Source of the DNA: a virus
Lineage: Duplodnaviria > Caudoviricetes
IMG/VR virus record: IMGVR_UViG_3300009602_000068
Span: 1 to 26,908 of that record
Direction: 5' to 3' (one strand)
DNA length: 26,908 nt
A program made the translations under genes and the position numbers. The notes under the pieces were generated by a model. The model did no database searches, was not told the DNA's origin, and saw nothing but the letters and a program-made list of their open reading frames with translations. Positions 14,409-23,206 of the stretch are shown here, in pieces. Position 1 is the first letter of the stretch. Each line of letters opens with the position of its first letter.

Positions 14409-15224
14409 TTAGAGATCGCTGGTTGTTATCCTGATGGGCGCGTCTGCTTCGCTGATTGTGGAAAGTGTTACTGCGTCTGGATCGTAGCTAATGCCCCCGC
14501 CTGGGTTCATATTAACCGTTGTTATTGTGCGTGCTGAACCGCTGCGGCTAAGGTCAACTTCTCCGCCGTTAATGTTGGCGGTTGTTATCGTGCCTGTGCT
14601 ATTAGCGACACAAACCCCGCGCTCTATCGTCAGGGTTGTTATCGTGCCCTGTTCGCCAGTGGTAAGCGTGGCTCCGTACAGGTTCGCGTTTGTCATATTG
14701 CACAAAACGGTAGCACTCCCCCCGTAGCCGCTGTAAGTAGTAAGCGTTGTTCCCTGCCCTATGCGGCAGTCCCCGGCCCGCTGGCGTATCGTGGCAACTG
14801 TGCTTGTTGTGCCGTGAACAGCCGCAACGCCTACGCTGCCGCTTTCGATGCTTAGGGTTGTTAATGCGCTGCCGATTAAATAGAGACCATATAGCCCCGT
14901 TCCTGGGCTGGCTGCTGTCGAGACAACACGCGGGGCAATACTTGACGCGCTTAAATCTATATAGCTAACCCCTTCCCCGGCAAACTCGAAGAACGTGCAA
15001 GTTAACTGCAAGTCGCCCGTCTTGGTGCCCATTGTCGCGTTATAGCCCTTTTCGACTACTACGTCGGCAAGTGCAGTTCCCGAAAAGTCGTAGGCTGCAA
15101 TCGGGTTCGAATAGCTGGCAACGAACCTGATAGAATCGCTGGCACTTGGCACGCTGCCCCCGCTCCAGTTTGCTGCCGTGTTAAATGCTGTTGATGTTGT
15201 ACCCAGCCAGATTAAGTTTGCCAT
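14409..15224 (-). CDS. minor tail protein, beta-helix-like
   Basis: IWLG......NTAANWSGGSVP...D start and repeated G.ITT..I.GG units; lies in the tail-tip region. Confidence 0.6.
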   Translation of the reverse strand: MANLIWLGTTSTAFNTAANWSGGSVPSASDSIRFVASYSNPIAAYDFSGTALADVVVEKGYNATMGTKTGDLQLTCTFFEFAGEGVSYIDLSASSIAPRVVSTAASPGTGLYGLYLIGSALTTLSIESGSVGVAAVHGTTSTVATIRQRAGDCRIGQGTTLTTYSGYGGSATVLCNMTNANLYGATLTTGEQGTITTLTIERGVCVANSTGTITTANINGGEVDLSRSGSARTITTVNMNPGGGISYDPDAVTLSTISEADAPIRITTSDL

Positions 15225-16321
15225 TATATCATTACTCCCTGTCCGTTTAGTTTAAGCGGTGCCCAGTCCGTTTCTTTGTAAACTCCGTAAACCAGATAAA
15301 TAGGCGAGTGTCCTGCTTTTAGCGGCATCCCGTTTCCGTCCAGATTGACTGGTTCGCTAGGCGTGAAGCCCGTTTCCGTGTTTACTATTGGCTGTGCTTG
15401 CCCGACAGCTTCCGGTATTGCAGATGTATTTCTGAATACCTGGGCCAGAGGATCCCACTCTGTCGTCATACCGTAGCCCCTGTCTAGCATTTCAGCACGC
15501 CAGCCAAACGTTGTGTCTACGTGAAACTCATAATTGACGCGCCAATAGATAACGCCCTCTTTGATTCTTCGAGTTGCCCCAATGGTTTGCATTTTGGCAG
15601 CAAAGGCTGGCACGTCCATATTGAAGCCGCGAAAAGCTACCTGAAAAGCGTTAAGGTTCACTGTGTCGTTATAGGCAAACACCTTGTTTGCATTGAAGGC
15701 TAATTCATTTCGCGACAGGTTAACAGAAACGCGGCTATAGTCGATTTCCGGGGGTGGATCGAAAGCAACGTTACAGCTATTGGTTACAGGGCTACCAGTG
15801 GACAGCCCTGCGATAGTTCCAAGTTTTTGCGCGTCATTTTGTACCGCAGGCCCAGACCTAAAACCCTGCTGTTGTAGGCCCAAACCTACGCCAGACTGTA
15901 TCTTACCCAGGTAAGCCGCCCTCACAGCTGGCCGCGACATTTGAACAAGGCTGATCTGGACGTCAATCCCTTCGTGGTCAACTTCTTCTACCGGGTTTCC
16001 CTCATCGTCTACCGCTGCGTCTTTGGCTTCTTGATCTTCTTTGCTGGTCTTGGAGCCATAGGTGGCGGTAGCGCGCCAGACGTTTTCTCCCAGGGGCGTA
16101 ACGCTCACACTTTTGCAAACGGCTGCCGGGTGCGAATCGTTACCAGCTGTATATAAAGACCCCTTTAAGGGTAGCCCGCAATCCTCAAGTATAAAGCGCG
16201 GGCCGTCTTGCTTGTCATCTACCCTGATAACGTACTGTACCGAAAAGTCATCTACTAACGTTCCCTTGGTTTTTGTGCCCGTCCAGCCGTCGTGAATAAT
16301 TGCAGAGTCTACAAACGCCAT
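15224..16321 (-). CDS. tail tip/hub protein (follows tape measure)
   Basis: Synteny; beta-rich 365-aa ORF coupled to the TMP stop (TAATG). Confidence 0.6.
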   Translation of the reverse strand: MAFVDSAIIHDGWTGTKTKGTLVDDFSVQYVIRVDDKQDGPRFILEDCGLPLKGSLYTAGNDSHPAAVCKSVSVTPLGENVWRATATYGSKTSKEDQEAKDAAVDDEGNPVEEVDHEGIDVQISLVQMSRPAVRAAYLGKIQSGVGLGLQQQGFRSGPAVQNDAQKLGTIAGLSTGSPVTNSCNVAFDPPPEIDYSRVSVNLSRNELAFNANKVFAYNDTVNLNAFQVAFRGFNMDVPAFAAKMQTIGATRRIKEGVIYWRVNYEFHVDTTFGWRAEMLDRGYGMTTEWDPLAQVFRNTSAIPEAVGQAQPIVNTETGFTPSEPVNLDGNGMPLKAGHSPIYLVYGVYKETDWAPLKLNGQGVMI

Positions 16322-17655
16322 TAGATATTTACCGCGACAGCAGCGGCCCCCGGTTCTGTTTTGCGGTCGATAGATGCCAAGATAACGTTAGTCTGCCGCT
16401 GTTCGTCAACTTGCCGCTTTTGTGCGTCTTTCATTTCTTTCATGTGACGGTCACTAGAACGGATCGCACTAAAGGCGGCACTGGTGCCGCGTCTTACACC
16501 GCCAACAGCCCCGCGCGGCTTGGCTAGTTTGTCGGTTTGCTTGTTTGCTTCTTTGAGGTCTTTGACTGCGCCGCCCAGGGCTTTGTTATACGTTCCCCAA
16601 CTAATGGCCCCGGCTTCTATTAGTCGGTTAAGGTCTGCTACCTTTTCTTTAAACTTCTCCTGGGGCGTCATAAATTCCCGCGTCAACGCTTCCCCCTGCT
16701 TTTTGATTGCGTCGACAGCCTTGGCTTTTTCGTCTGCTATGGCCTTCTCTTTTTCTAGCTGGTTTTCTAGCAGGGGCGTGATTTCCTTTTGCTTCTCTAA
16801 TCCTTCAATGCGCCACTTATCCTTTTTCTTCTTTCCAAAAATCATATTCCAGATTTTCTTAGGCCAGCTCAGAAGGCCTTTTGCAATTTTCACCACCCAG
16901 GTAAACACGTTCGCTAGCCCTTTAAGTACCGGGGCAATCGAAATGGTGAATTGCCGCCACGCCCCTTTAATTGCTATCTTTGTATCTGTCCAGGCGTCAT
17001 TAGCTGCCTCAATTGCTGCTATATCCGCGCGACCCATTACGCCGTTAAGTTCGTCGAACTTTTTGCCCTGTTCTTCTATGGCTTCGCTGCCCTGTCCTAG
17101 CATGTTTATCATGTTGACGCCCTCTCGCCCAAATATCTGGTAGGCAACGCGGGCCTTTTCTGCGGGGTTCTGAATCTTTTTAATTGCGTCAGCCAATACC
17201 ATCATTTGTTTATCGGGGGATTGCTGGGCCAACTCTGCCGCGCTAATGCCTAAGTCGTCCAGGGCTAGTTTAGCGGTTCCCATACCGTGGGCGGCTTCAG
17301 ATAACCCCCGCTGCATTTTTTCTAGTGACTTGTCAAATCCAGCAGCCTCAACGCCCGCAAGTGAAGCCGAGTAACGCAGCCGCTCCAGTTCTTGCACGCC
17401 GATTCCCAGCTTGTCGGCTGTCTTGCCGAGTTTGTCAAGTTCTGCCATCTGGTCTTTGACGCCTGCTAGTGCCTTAGCAAACGCCATAGCAGCCCCGGCT
17501 GCCAAGGCCATCTTGCCTAACATGCTCTTGAGGCTAAACTTTTTAGCACTCTGCTGCATCTTACCCATGTCACCGCCCGCCGTTTTCATGCCCTTGGAAA
17601 AAGGTTTAGTGTTGGCGGTTATGTTGGCAACTAAAGAGCCGAGATTTGCAGCCAT
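16321..17655 (-). CDS. tail tape measure protein (short, 444 aa)
   Basis: LGSLVANITANT.PFSKGM N-terminus, Ala/Lys-rich helical sequence, directly after the chaperone pair. Confidence 0.88.
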   Translation of the reverse strand: MAANLGSLVANITANTKPFSKGMKTAGGDMGKMQQSAKKFSLKSMLGKMALAAGAAMAFAKALAGVKDQMAELDKLGKTADKLGIGVQELERLRYSASLAGVEAAGFDKSLEKMQRGLSEAAHGMGTAKLALDDLGISAAELAQQSPDKQMMVLADAIKKIQNPAEKARVAYQIFGREGVNMINMLGQGSEAIEEQGKKFDELNGVMGRADIAAIEAANDAWTDTKIAIKGAWRQFTISIAPVLKGLANVFTWVVKIAKGLLSWPKKIWNMIFGKKKKDKWRIEGLEKQKEITPLLENQLEKEKAIADEKAKAVDAIKKQGEALTREFMTPQEKFKEKVADLNRLIEAGAISWGTYNKALGGAVKDLKEANKQTDKLAKPRGAVGGVRRGTSAAFSAIRSSDRHMKEMKDAQKRQVDEQRQTNVILASIDRKTEPGAAAVAVNI

Positions 17656-17985
17656 TTACTTCTTCCCAAACATTGCAGCCATCTGTGATTCATGCGCGGC
17701 TGCGTCAAACTGTTTTGTTTTTTTATGTCCTGTCCCGAAGTCGGGTACGAAATGGTCCAAGTCTACCAGTTCGCTTTCGCGGGTTGCTACCAGATTACGA
17801 ACTATCGCGCACAGGTAGCTGGTTTGTAGCCACTCATCCCCAAACGGTTCTAAACGGTAGTAAGCAATCCATTCTGTGAACAACTCCGCTGGTATTTCTT
17901 CAAGTAACTTATCAACGTCCCAGGTGCCGACAGTAACCGCTAGGCGGAAGGCGAACCGCCTTTTTTCGTCGGCCTGGAGTTTTTT
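17656..17985 (-). CDS. tail assembly chaperone, -1 frameshift extension (gpT-like)
   Basis: The -1 frame is open from the slippery site: KLQADEKRRFAFRLAVTVGTWDVDKLLEEIPAELFTEWIAYYRLEPFG... Confidence 0.8.
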   Translation of the reverse strand, partial: KKLQADEKRRFAFRLAVTVGTWDVDKLLEEIPAELFTEWIAYYRLEPFGDEWLQTSYLCAIVRNLVATRESELVDLDHFVPDFGTGHKKTKQFDAAAHESQMAAMFGKK

Positions 17986-18320
17986 TCCAGTACCTCTATT
18001 TCGTTATCTGCAAAGCCAACGTGCGACATTGCTGCGTCAAATAGCTGGCTAGTAACCGCGCCGTCCAGTTCTCCAAGTTCGCCAATGTCGTAATCATCCA
18101 GCAGCGGCTTGTGCGTTTCTCCGTCAACTAGCGTAGCAATCAACAACAATCTACGGCTGTTGTCTTTAACGTTTCCGTCTTTGTTCAGAACTTGCTTTTC
18201 AAAGTTGCTTTTCTCTGCTTCGCTTAGGCTTTGAAACGTGAATTCTAAGCCTCCAACCTTGACGGTTGTGTAACGCCTGCTCTTGCATTTAAAAAGGCTC
18301 TCTTTTGTTGCTGCGCTCAC
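17940..18320 (-). CDS. tail assembly chaperone (gpG-like)
   Basis: Position between tube and TMP; ends EKN at the slippery sequence GAA AAA AAC. Confidence 0.82.
   Translation of the reverse strand: MSAATKESLFKCKSRRYTTVKVGGLEFTFQSLSEAEKSNFEKQVLNKDGNVKDNSRRLLLIATLVDGETHKPLLDDYDIGELGELDGAVTSQLFDAAMSHVGFADNEIEVLEKNSRPTKKGGSPSA
17979..17985 (-). other. programmed -1 ribosomal frameshift heptamer A AAA AAC
   Basis: In-frame X XXY YYZ; the -1 frame joins the 17656..17883 ORF. Confidence 0.82.
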
Positions 18321-18571
18321 TGGTATTCCTCCGGGCTTGGTGGTTGTGTAATAGAGCTAGGCCGCCCGTAACGGGTTGTCACTTCGTCCCTGACTCTAAG
18401 GATAATGCCTTCTCCGTAGTGTCGAATCATTGAAACGGGCCGCCCCGCAGTCGTCCCGCAATACCCGGCGTGTAAGCCGTCAAGCCTGATCATACGTTGA
18501 TCGGGCACAGCTGGCACCATTTCGCCGTCAACGCAAACCCGCGCCGGGTGGTCGTCAAAGGTAATTTTCAT
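18317..18571 (-). CDS. hypothetical protein between tail tube and chaperone
   Basis: 84-aa ORF with start/stop overlaps on both sides. Confidence 0.65.
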   Translation of the reverse strand: MKITFDDHPARVCVDGEMVPAVPDQRMIRLDGLHAGYCGTTAGRPVSMIRHYGEGIILRVRDEVTTRYGRPSSITQPPSPEEYQ

Positions 18572-18993
18572 TAGCTGCCAGCCGTGAAAGCAAAGCCACT
18601 GGAAACGCCTGTACCCTTTATTGTCATCTCTACTTGCATAATCTCGCCCATTTCTGCATCGGCTGCCTTAACGCTAACCACACGCCCGCCAAAAACTACA
18701 GTCCCGCCGGTACTGCCGCCGGGCTTAATTGGGTAGGTAATGGTAACAACCTCATCAATCGACGCGCCGTAGTCGTGTGCAATATCAGGCAGGGCAGCGT
18801 CAGAGTACGCCACAATGCTGATTTCGCCAATCTCGGCTAAGTCATCGACCATAAAACGCTTTCGCCCTGTGTGCGCCAACTCTGTAATCTCTATCACGTC
18901 TTTTGTTACTTCCAAGCCGCCAATAGAGATTATATCGCCGGTAAAGCTGGTTGTTCCAAAGGTTACTGTAGCGCCATTGCCTGTGTCTGCCAT
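18571..18993 (-). CDS. major tail (tube) protein
   Basis: MADTGNGATVTFG...IEITEL...FM..DL.E.GEI pattern; synteny after the tail terminator. Confidence 0.78.
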   Translation of the reverse strand: MADTGNGATVTFGTTSFTGDIISIGGLEVTKDVIEITELAHTGRKRFMVDDLAEIGEISIVAYSDAALPDIAHDYGASIDEVVTITYPIKPGGSTGGTVVFGGRVVSVKAADAEMGEIMQVEMTIKGTGVSSGFAFTAGS

Positions 18994-19005
18994 ATCTAAG
19001 TTCCC

Positions 19006-19428
19006 TTAAAAAGTTGGTATTGTTTCTATAACGTGAATTCTGAACCTTAGCGTCGTTATATGTTTGCCGCTGTCGCTGTCGTCTGTCGGGTGCTCGTAGC
19101 TGTGCCCCGTGTCGTCTAGTGTGCTGCTTATTACTTCAACGCTTCCAGCGGTCCCCCGGTAGCCTTGTAGCTGCTGCCTTACCAAGTCGGCTAGGCTGTC
19201 GGCTTCTACCCTGGTTTCACTGTAGCAGGCGAATTCTAGCATACACTCCTCAATGCCAGCCGCTGCCGCTAAAGTATGCACATGACTCGTATATAATTCA
19301 AGGTAAACCATAGCGGGCAAGCTATCGCCCTGGGCTAAAACGTCTGGCCTAATGCGAGTGGCTACAACATCGGTGATTGCCGATTTCGTCAACAGGTAGG
19401 TTCGTATGTTGCTGCCAGTGTTTGCCAT
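19006..19428 (-). CDS. tail terminator/completion protein (DUF3168-like)
   Basis: I...V.TRI.P..L.Q...LPA.VY and A..LA..VR..L.GY motifs; synteny. Confidence 0.8.
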   Translation of the reverse strand: MANTGSNIRTYLLTKSAITDVVATRIRPDVLAQGDSLPAMVYLELYTSHVHTLAAAAGIEECMLEFACYSETRVEADSLADLVRQQLQGYRGTAGSVEVISSTLDDTGHSYEHPTDDSDSGKHITTLRFRIHVIETIPTF

Positions 19429-19429
19429 A

Positions 19430-19960
19430 TTATTTTCTTTGTTTCTCGACTGCCTCAGCTAGTGCAGCGCGGGCTTTTGTCGTAACCTTGCTTCTAACTG
19501 CTGCTGTAGCGTTTTCGATGCCCTTTTGAAAATAGTTAGTCCCGGCTACCCGTTCACCGCTTGACGTTTTTGACCAGTAAAAACCCCGGTGCCCGTAGTT
19601 TACCAGCCAACTATGCGGGGCTATTAACCAGTCATGCCCAATAGTGACGCCAATAATACCCGCAGCACTAGCCGCCCGGCTGCTTTTCCACTTGCTAGAG
19701 GGCTTCTTTTTAATTGCCCGGCGTAGCGGGTCTTTGCCTTTGCTCTCTCGCTGGGCGCGCGTTTTAGCACTCCAACCGGCTGCCGTTCCTGTGGTTCTAC
19801 TGCGCGGGGTTACTTTCCTAATAGAACTGACTAGGGCCGTGCCGCCTGCTGCTACGGCTTTGCGCAGTACATTGCGCTGTAGGCTGTCGGTTAGCCCGTT
19901 GAACTCTTTGAACAGTTCTTCAATTCCCATAAATTGCAGGGCGTCTTTTTTCAGTGCCAT
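19430..19960 (-). CDS. HK97 gp10-like neck/tail component
   Basis: G.EEL...F..L.....RNVLRKAV.AG and WLVNYGH motifs; synteny. Confidence 0.78.
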   Translation of the reverse strand: MALKKDALQFMGIEELFKEFNGLTDSLQRNVLRKAVAAGGTALVSSIRKVTPRSRTTGTAAGWSAKTRAQRESKGKDPLRRAIKKKPSSKWKSSRAASAAGIIGVTIGHDWLIAPHSWLVNYGHRGFYWSKTSSGERVAGTNYFQKGIENATAAVRSKVTTKARAALAEAVEKQRK

Positions 19961-19962
19961 TG

Positions 19963-20304
19963 TTAGCTATCCTCTGTACAGTGCAGCCAGACTTCTGTCT
20001 GCCGTTCGTCACGCCGCTGCACTTTTTCAATGTTTAGCGTGCGGGTTGTGTCGCCGTCGCGGTAGACAACGCGCATAGCTGAATCAGGAAACGGGCCTGA
20101 GTGCGGGTAGCGTACAATTACCAGCGTTGTTGTTGTTGATTCGATTTGAGAGCCGCTAAAAGTCTCGCTTGCTGATACGTCAAGCACACGCGCTGAACAC
20201 TCACGCACACTAGCCCAGGAGTCTGTTAGCTGCCCGCTGGCGTCTGCGGTTTGCGTGCTTTGCTCTATGTCGATTCTCTGCCTTAGCTGCCCGGCGCGTA
20301 CCAT
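19963..20304 (-). CDS. head closure / head-tail adaptor (SPP1 gp16-like)
   Basis: RAGQLRQRIDIEQ.....DASG.....W motif. Confidence 0.88.
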   Translation of the reverse strand: MVRAGQLRQRIDIEQSTQTADASGQLTDSWASVRECSARVLDVSASETFSGSQIESTTTTLVIVRYPHSGPFPDSAMRVVYRDGDTTRTLNIEKVQRRDERQTEVWLHCTEDS

Positions 20305-20903
20305 TGGAACGAATCCCCCAGTTTGAACGGTGCCAGAAGTGCCCCGGCTGCCTGCGGTATTTCCATAGCCATAACGCCAATCGTCGTCTGTTCTCGGTTG
20401 TTGAAGTAGTGACCGATCAACAACAACATTGCGTGCTTGATAGCCTGGGGGACTGCTGACGCTGCCCCGTAGCCGCAGATAAAACGGATTGTCGCCGCCT
20501 CTTGCTGTGCGCGGGCTGCGGGCCAGACTTCGCCGTAGGCGGGCCGCACGGTGCCCGGTTCGCGGGCTATGCTTACGTCATAATCGCCACTAGAAAAGGT
20601 CTGTGTGGCCCCTGCTGTGTCTGTGTAGGTAATGCTCGTAATGCTTTGCAGTTGCCCGAAGGGTAGATAAAGCGTTTCTATGCCCGCTGGCAGCTGGTCT
20701 GTTGTCATATCATAGGTAGCTGTAACAAGCTGCCTGTGAGTTTCTGCTTCAACTGTCGCGCGGGTTACTTCTATTAGGCTGCTGAGGTAGTCGTCATAGA
20801 ACGAATCGTCTAGCGACAGATGCCGCCGTACTTCGCTAACTTGCAACGGTTCTGCTGTCGGGGCTGTTACTTCTGCCGTGCTGTAGCTGCTAACTAAGTG
20901 CAT
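20283..20903 (-). CDS. head-tail connector (gp6/phiE125 gp8-like)
   Basis: P.AEPL...EVRRHL and VPQAIKHAMLLLIGHYFNNRE motifs. Confidence 0.9.
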   Translation of the reverse strand: MHLVSSYSTAEVTAPTAEPLQVSEVRRHLSLDDSFYDDYLSSLIEVTRATVEAETHRQLVTATYDMTTDQLPAGIETLYLPFGQLQSITSITYTDTAGATQTFSSGDYDVSIAREPGTVRPAYGEVWPAARAQQEAATIRFICGYGAASAVPQAIKHAMLLLIGHYFNNREQTTIGVMAMEIPQAAGALLAPFKLGDSFQWYAPGS

Positions 20904-21116
20904 TTAGCGGGGCCCCTTTTTATTTGCTTTACGTTTCTTTGCTTCTGGGCGCGTCGCGCGCAGGGGCGGTTCTACGGTAGCCGTTTCTGGCTGCGGTAGT
21001 TCCGCCCAGCTGCGCTTTATGTAACGCTCTGCGGTTGCGTCGTCGAGTTCGACGATGTCGCCGCAGTCATGAGAAAACCCAGTTCCCACGATACTCGTTA
21101 ACAATCGAACTTTCAT
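20904..21116 (-). CDS. small conserved post-capsid phage protein
   Basis: MKVRLL.....GDIVELDD..AERYI...WAE pattern; typical position after the MCP. Confidence 0.7.
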   Translation of the reverse strand: MKVRLLTSIVGTGFSHDCGDIVELDDATAERYIKRSWAELPQPETATVEPPLRATRPEAKKRKANKKGPR

Positions 21117-21118
21117 TA

Positions 21119-22435
21119 TTAGGCTTGAATCAGATGTTTGATTGCATCGGAATTTAGCACTTTACTATCAAAGCGGGCGAAGGCCACGAAGCCAGTTTGA
21201 TCGTTATCACGATAGCGCTCTTCTAATCGGAACATCCGAATAGGCCCAGCGTCGCGGATAATGAAGCGTGAAAAGTCACCGACCAAGACGGTTTTTTCGG
21301 CGGTTGCCACGCTGCTCTGCATATCCTGATTGATCGTAATCGGATAACCAAGCAGTCTGTCGGGTTCGCCAACTGACATTCCCTCTTGCCACAGATAGTG
21401 GTTGTTGTCGTCTTTTAACTTTCGCAGAGCAAGCAGGATGTTGTCGTGCATCATCCAGCCAAAGCTGCTGCTGTTACGATATGCCGGGTCTACGCTGTGG
21501 AGCAAATCAAAAAGTTCGTCGGAAGCAATGGCATCGGCCGCTGCTGCCGTCTTACCGAGGCCAGAGCCAACAACCACGCCCTGTGGTTCTGAACTGCCAG
21601 AGCCGGTGGAACTGTACTGCGCTTCAATGCGTCCAAGCCGCTCGCCTAACATCGCGCCAACTTCTGCGCCAAGATCAAAAAAGCTATCCTGAAGAAGCTC
21701 CGCTGACACGAGGATTGACTTGCTCGTTAATTTATAGGCATTGAGAGTTTTGACGCCAAACGTGGCAGCCTGCTCGCTGATAGCAGCGTTTTCTGCCAAC
21801 AGTGCGCCCTTGTTGCCGGTGTCGTCGCTAGTCGGCCACGGTACATCATTACCGGTTGAGGTGCGAATAACACGCGAGACGCTACGAGGACCGCCAAAAC
21901 TCAGCAGGCTTTTCTCTAGCTCGTTTGAAAATCCTTCGGGAACCAGATATCCACCGGCAGAATCAGTGCCTACGCTCTGTGCTCTGACTTCTTTTCCCCA
22001 GCCGTCATGGCTCATGACGGGGGCGTGCTTAGCAAGTCGCACATCCAAAAAGCTAGATTTAGGATCTAAGCCCAAACGCTGGGCGGCTTCGACGTGTGTA
22101 TCGTCCAAGCCAAAACCATTTTGTTGACGCGCCCAGGCTGCGAAAGCCAGGGTTCTAGTTTCGTCGGTAATCTCTGGGCGGGTTTCTGCCGTGCGTTGCC
22201 GCTTCTCTCTAAAAGAAACTTCCTCTTTTGCGGCTTCGACCTCAGCCAGTCGCGCTGCTACGTTCGCTTTTTCGCGTGCCTGGGTAAGTTCTTCTGCGTT
22301 TGCGTTGTAGGCTTCGTTGAGTGCTTCCCACTTTGCGCGGTCCTCGTCTGCCCAGCTGTCTTGACTTTCGCCGTGGGTCTTGATTTGTGCCGCGAGTTGT
22401 TCGCGCTGCTCTTGTAACTTTTTGAAGTCTGCCAT
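21119..22435 (-). CDS. major capsid protein, HK97 family (with N-terminal delta/scaffold domain)
   Basis: Coiled-coil N-terminus, GGYLVPE, VSAELLQDS, LRKLKD..N.YLWQ, LLGYPI and GDFS motifs; GGAG RBS. Confidence 0.96.
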   Translation of the reverse strand: MADFKKLQEQREQLAAQIKTHGESQDSWADEDRAKWEALNEAYNANAEELTQAREKANVAARLAEVEAAKEEVSFREKRQRTAETRPEITDETRTLAFAAWARQQNGFGLDDTHVEAAQRLGLDPKSSFLDVRLAKHAPVMSHDGWGKEVRAQSVGTDSAGGYLVPEGFSNELEKSLLSFGGPRSVSRVIRTSTGNDVPWPTSDDTGNKGALLAENAAISEQAATFGVKTLNAYKLTSKSILVSAELLQDSFFDLGAEVGAMLGERLGRIEAQYSSTGSGSSEPQGVVVGSGLGKTAAAADAIASDELFDLLHSVDPAYRNSSSFGWMMHDNILLALRKLKDDNNHYLWQEGMSVGEPDRLLGYPITINQDMQSSVATAEKTVLVGDFSRFIIRDAGPIRMFRLEERYRDNDQTGFVAFARFDSKVLNSDAIKHLIQA

Positions 22436-22448
22436 GGTTCTAAATCTC

Positions 22449-22556
22449 CAGTTTGAAAGCTGCCAGCTTTCAGACTGCGCAAAAAAAAGCGCGGCCCTGT
22501 TGCTGGCATTTACTAATGTTTCGTAAATGTTGCAAACAATTACCGCGCTTTGTGCG
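22449..22556 (-). promoter_or_regulatory. structured RNA leader (two hairpins) upstream of the major capsid gene
   Basis: Nested pairings AAAGCGCGG/CCGCGCUUU, UGUU-UGC/GCAACA and CAUUUAC/GUAAAUG, then CAGU-UGAAAGCU/AGCUUUCA-ACUG abutting the GGAG RBS. Confidence 0.65.
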
Positions 22557-22588
22557 TTTGGTTGTTCTGTTGTTGGTATTGTTACAGA

Positions 22589-23206
22589 TTAGCTGTCGGT
22601 ATCAATAGCAATTATCCTAAGCCGTACTTCTACCGATTCCTGATCAATATAGAACTGTTCAAAGGCTAGGCGTGCTTCTTTAATGCCGTCAGCTGCCCGT
22701 ATACCTGTTGTGGTTGCTTCATATGCGGGGTAGGTAACAGGGCCAACGTCGTAAAGTGCTACGCCGTTAATCTCTCGCACTGTATTTTTCCCGTCTTTGC
22801 GTATCTCGCTGCCGCCCTCACTAATTGAAAAGGCAAAGCTAGACCCTGTAACGTCGCCCCGTTCTATGCTGGTTGCTACGTCGCGGCCTACCTGGGTATC
22901 AGGAACGTCTATTTCATAGCGCAGCCCGGTGTCATCTTCAGATAGCGAAAGCGTGCCCGCCTGGGCGCGCCCCAGTATGGCGCTAGGCTCATGATTGAAC
23001 AGCCCGCGCACGTCGTCGTTTTCTCCCAGAGCACGGGTAAACGCGCCCGGCTGGATTCGCTCAAAGTGCCCGCTATACAGTTCGTACTGCGTGCCTGGGT
23101 CGTCGTCCCGGTAGAAAACGGCAGCATATCCCACAATCTTGGACGGCTGCCCGTCTCGTTTTTCGATTCTTACTCTCTGGTTGTTATTACGTCGTTCGGT
23201 ATTCAT
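22589..23206 (-). CDS. prohead maturation protease, HK97 family
   Basis: GYAAVF, ERIQPGAF, LFNH...ILGR, GL.YEID, RGDV.GSSFAF and DVGPVTYPAY motifs. Confidence 0.95.
   Translation of the reverse strand: MNTERRNNNQRVRIEKRDGQPSKIVGYAAVFYRDDDPGTQYELYSGHFERIQPGAFTRALGENDDVRGLFNHEPSAILGRAQAGTLSLSEDDTGLRYEIDVPDTQVGRDVATSIERGDVTGSSFAFSISEGGSEIRKDGKNTVREINGVALYDVGPVTYPAYEATTTGIRAADGIKEARLAFEQFYIDQESVEVRLRIIAIDTDS

Noticed and set aside
16484-17143. 219-aa plus-strand ORF (and similar antisense ORFs at 13468, 19644, 21741, 23503 and 26029)
   Set aside because: They lie antisense to well-supported structural genes, lack motifs or RBS, and are explained by codon bias.
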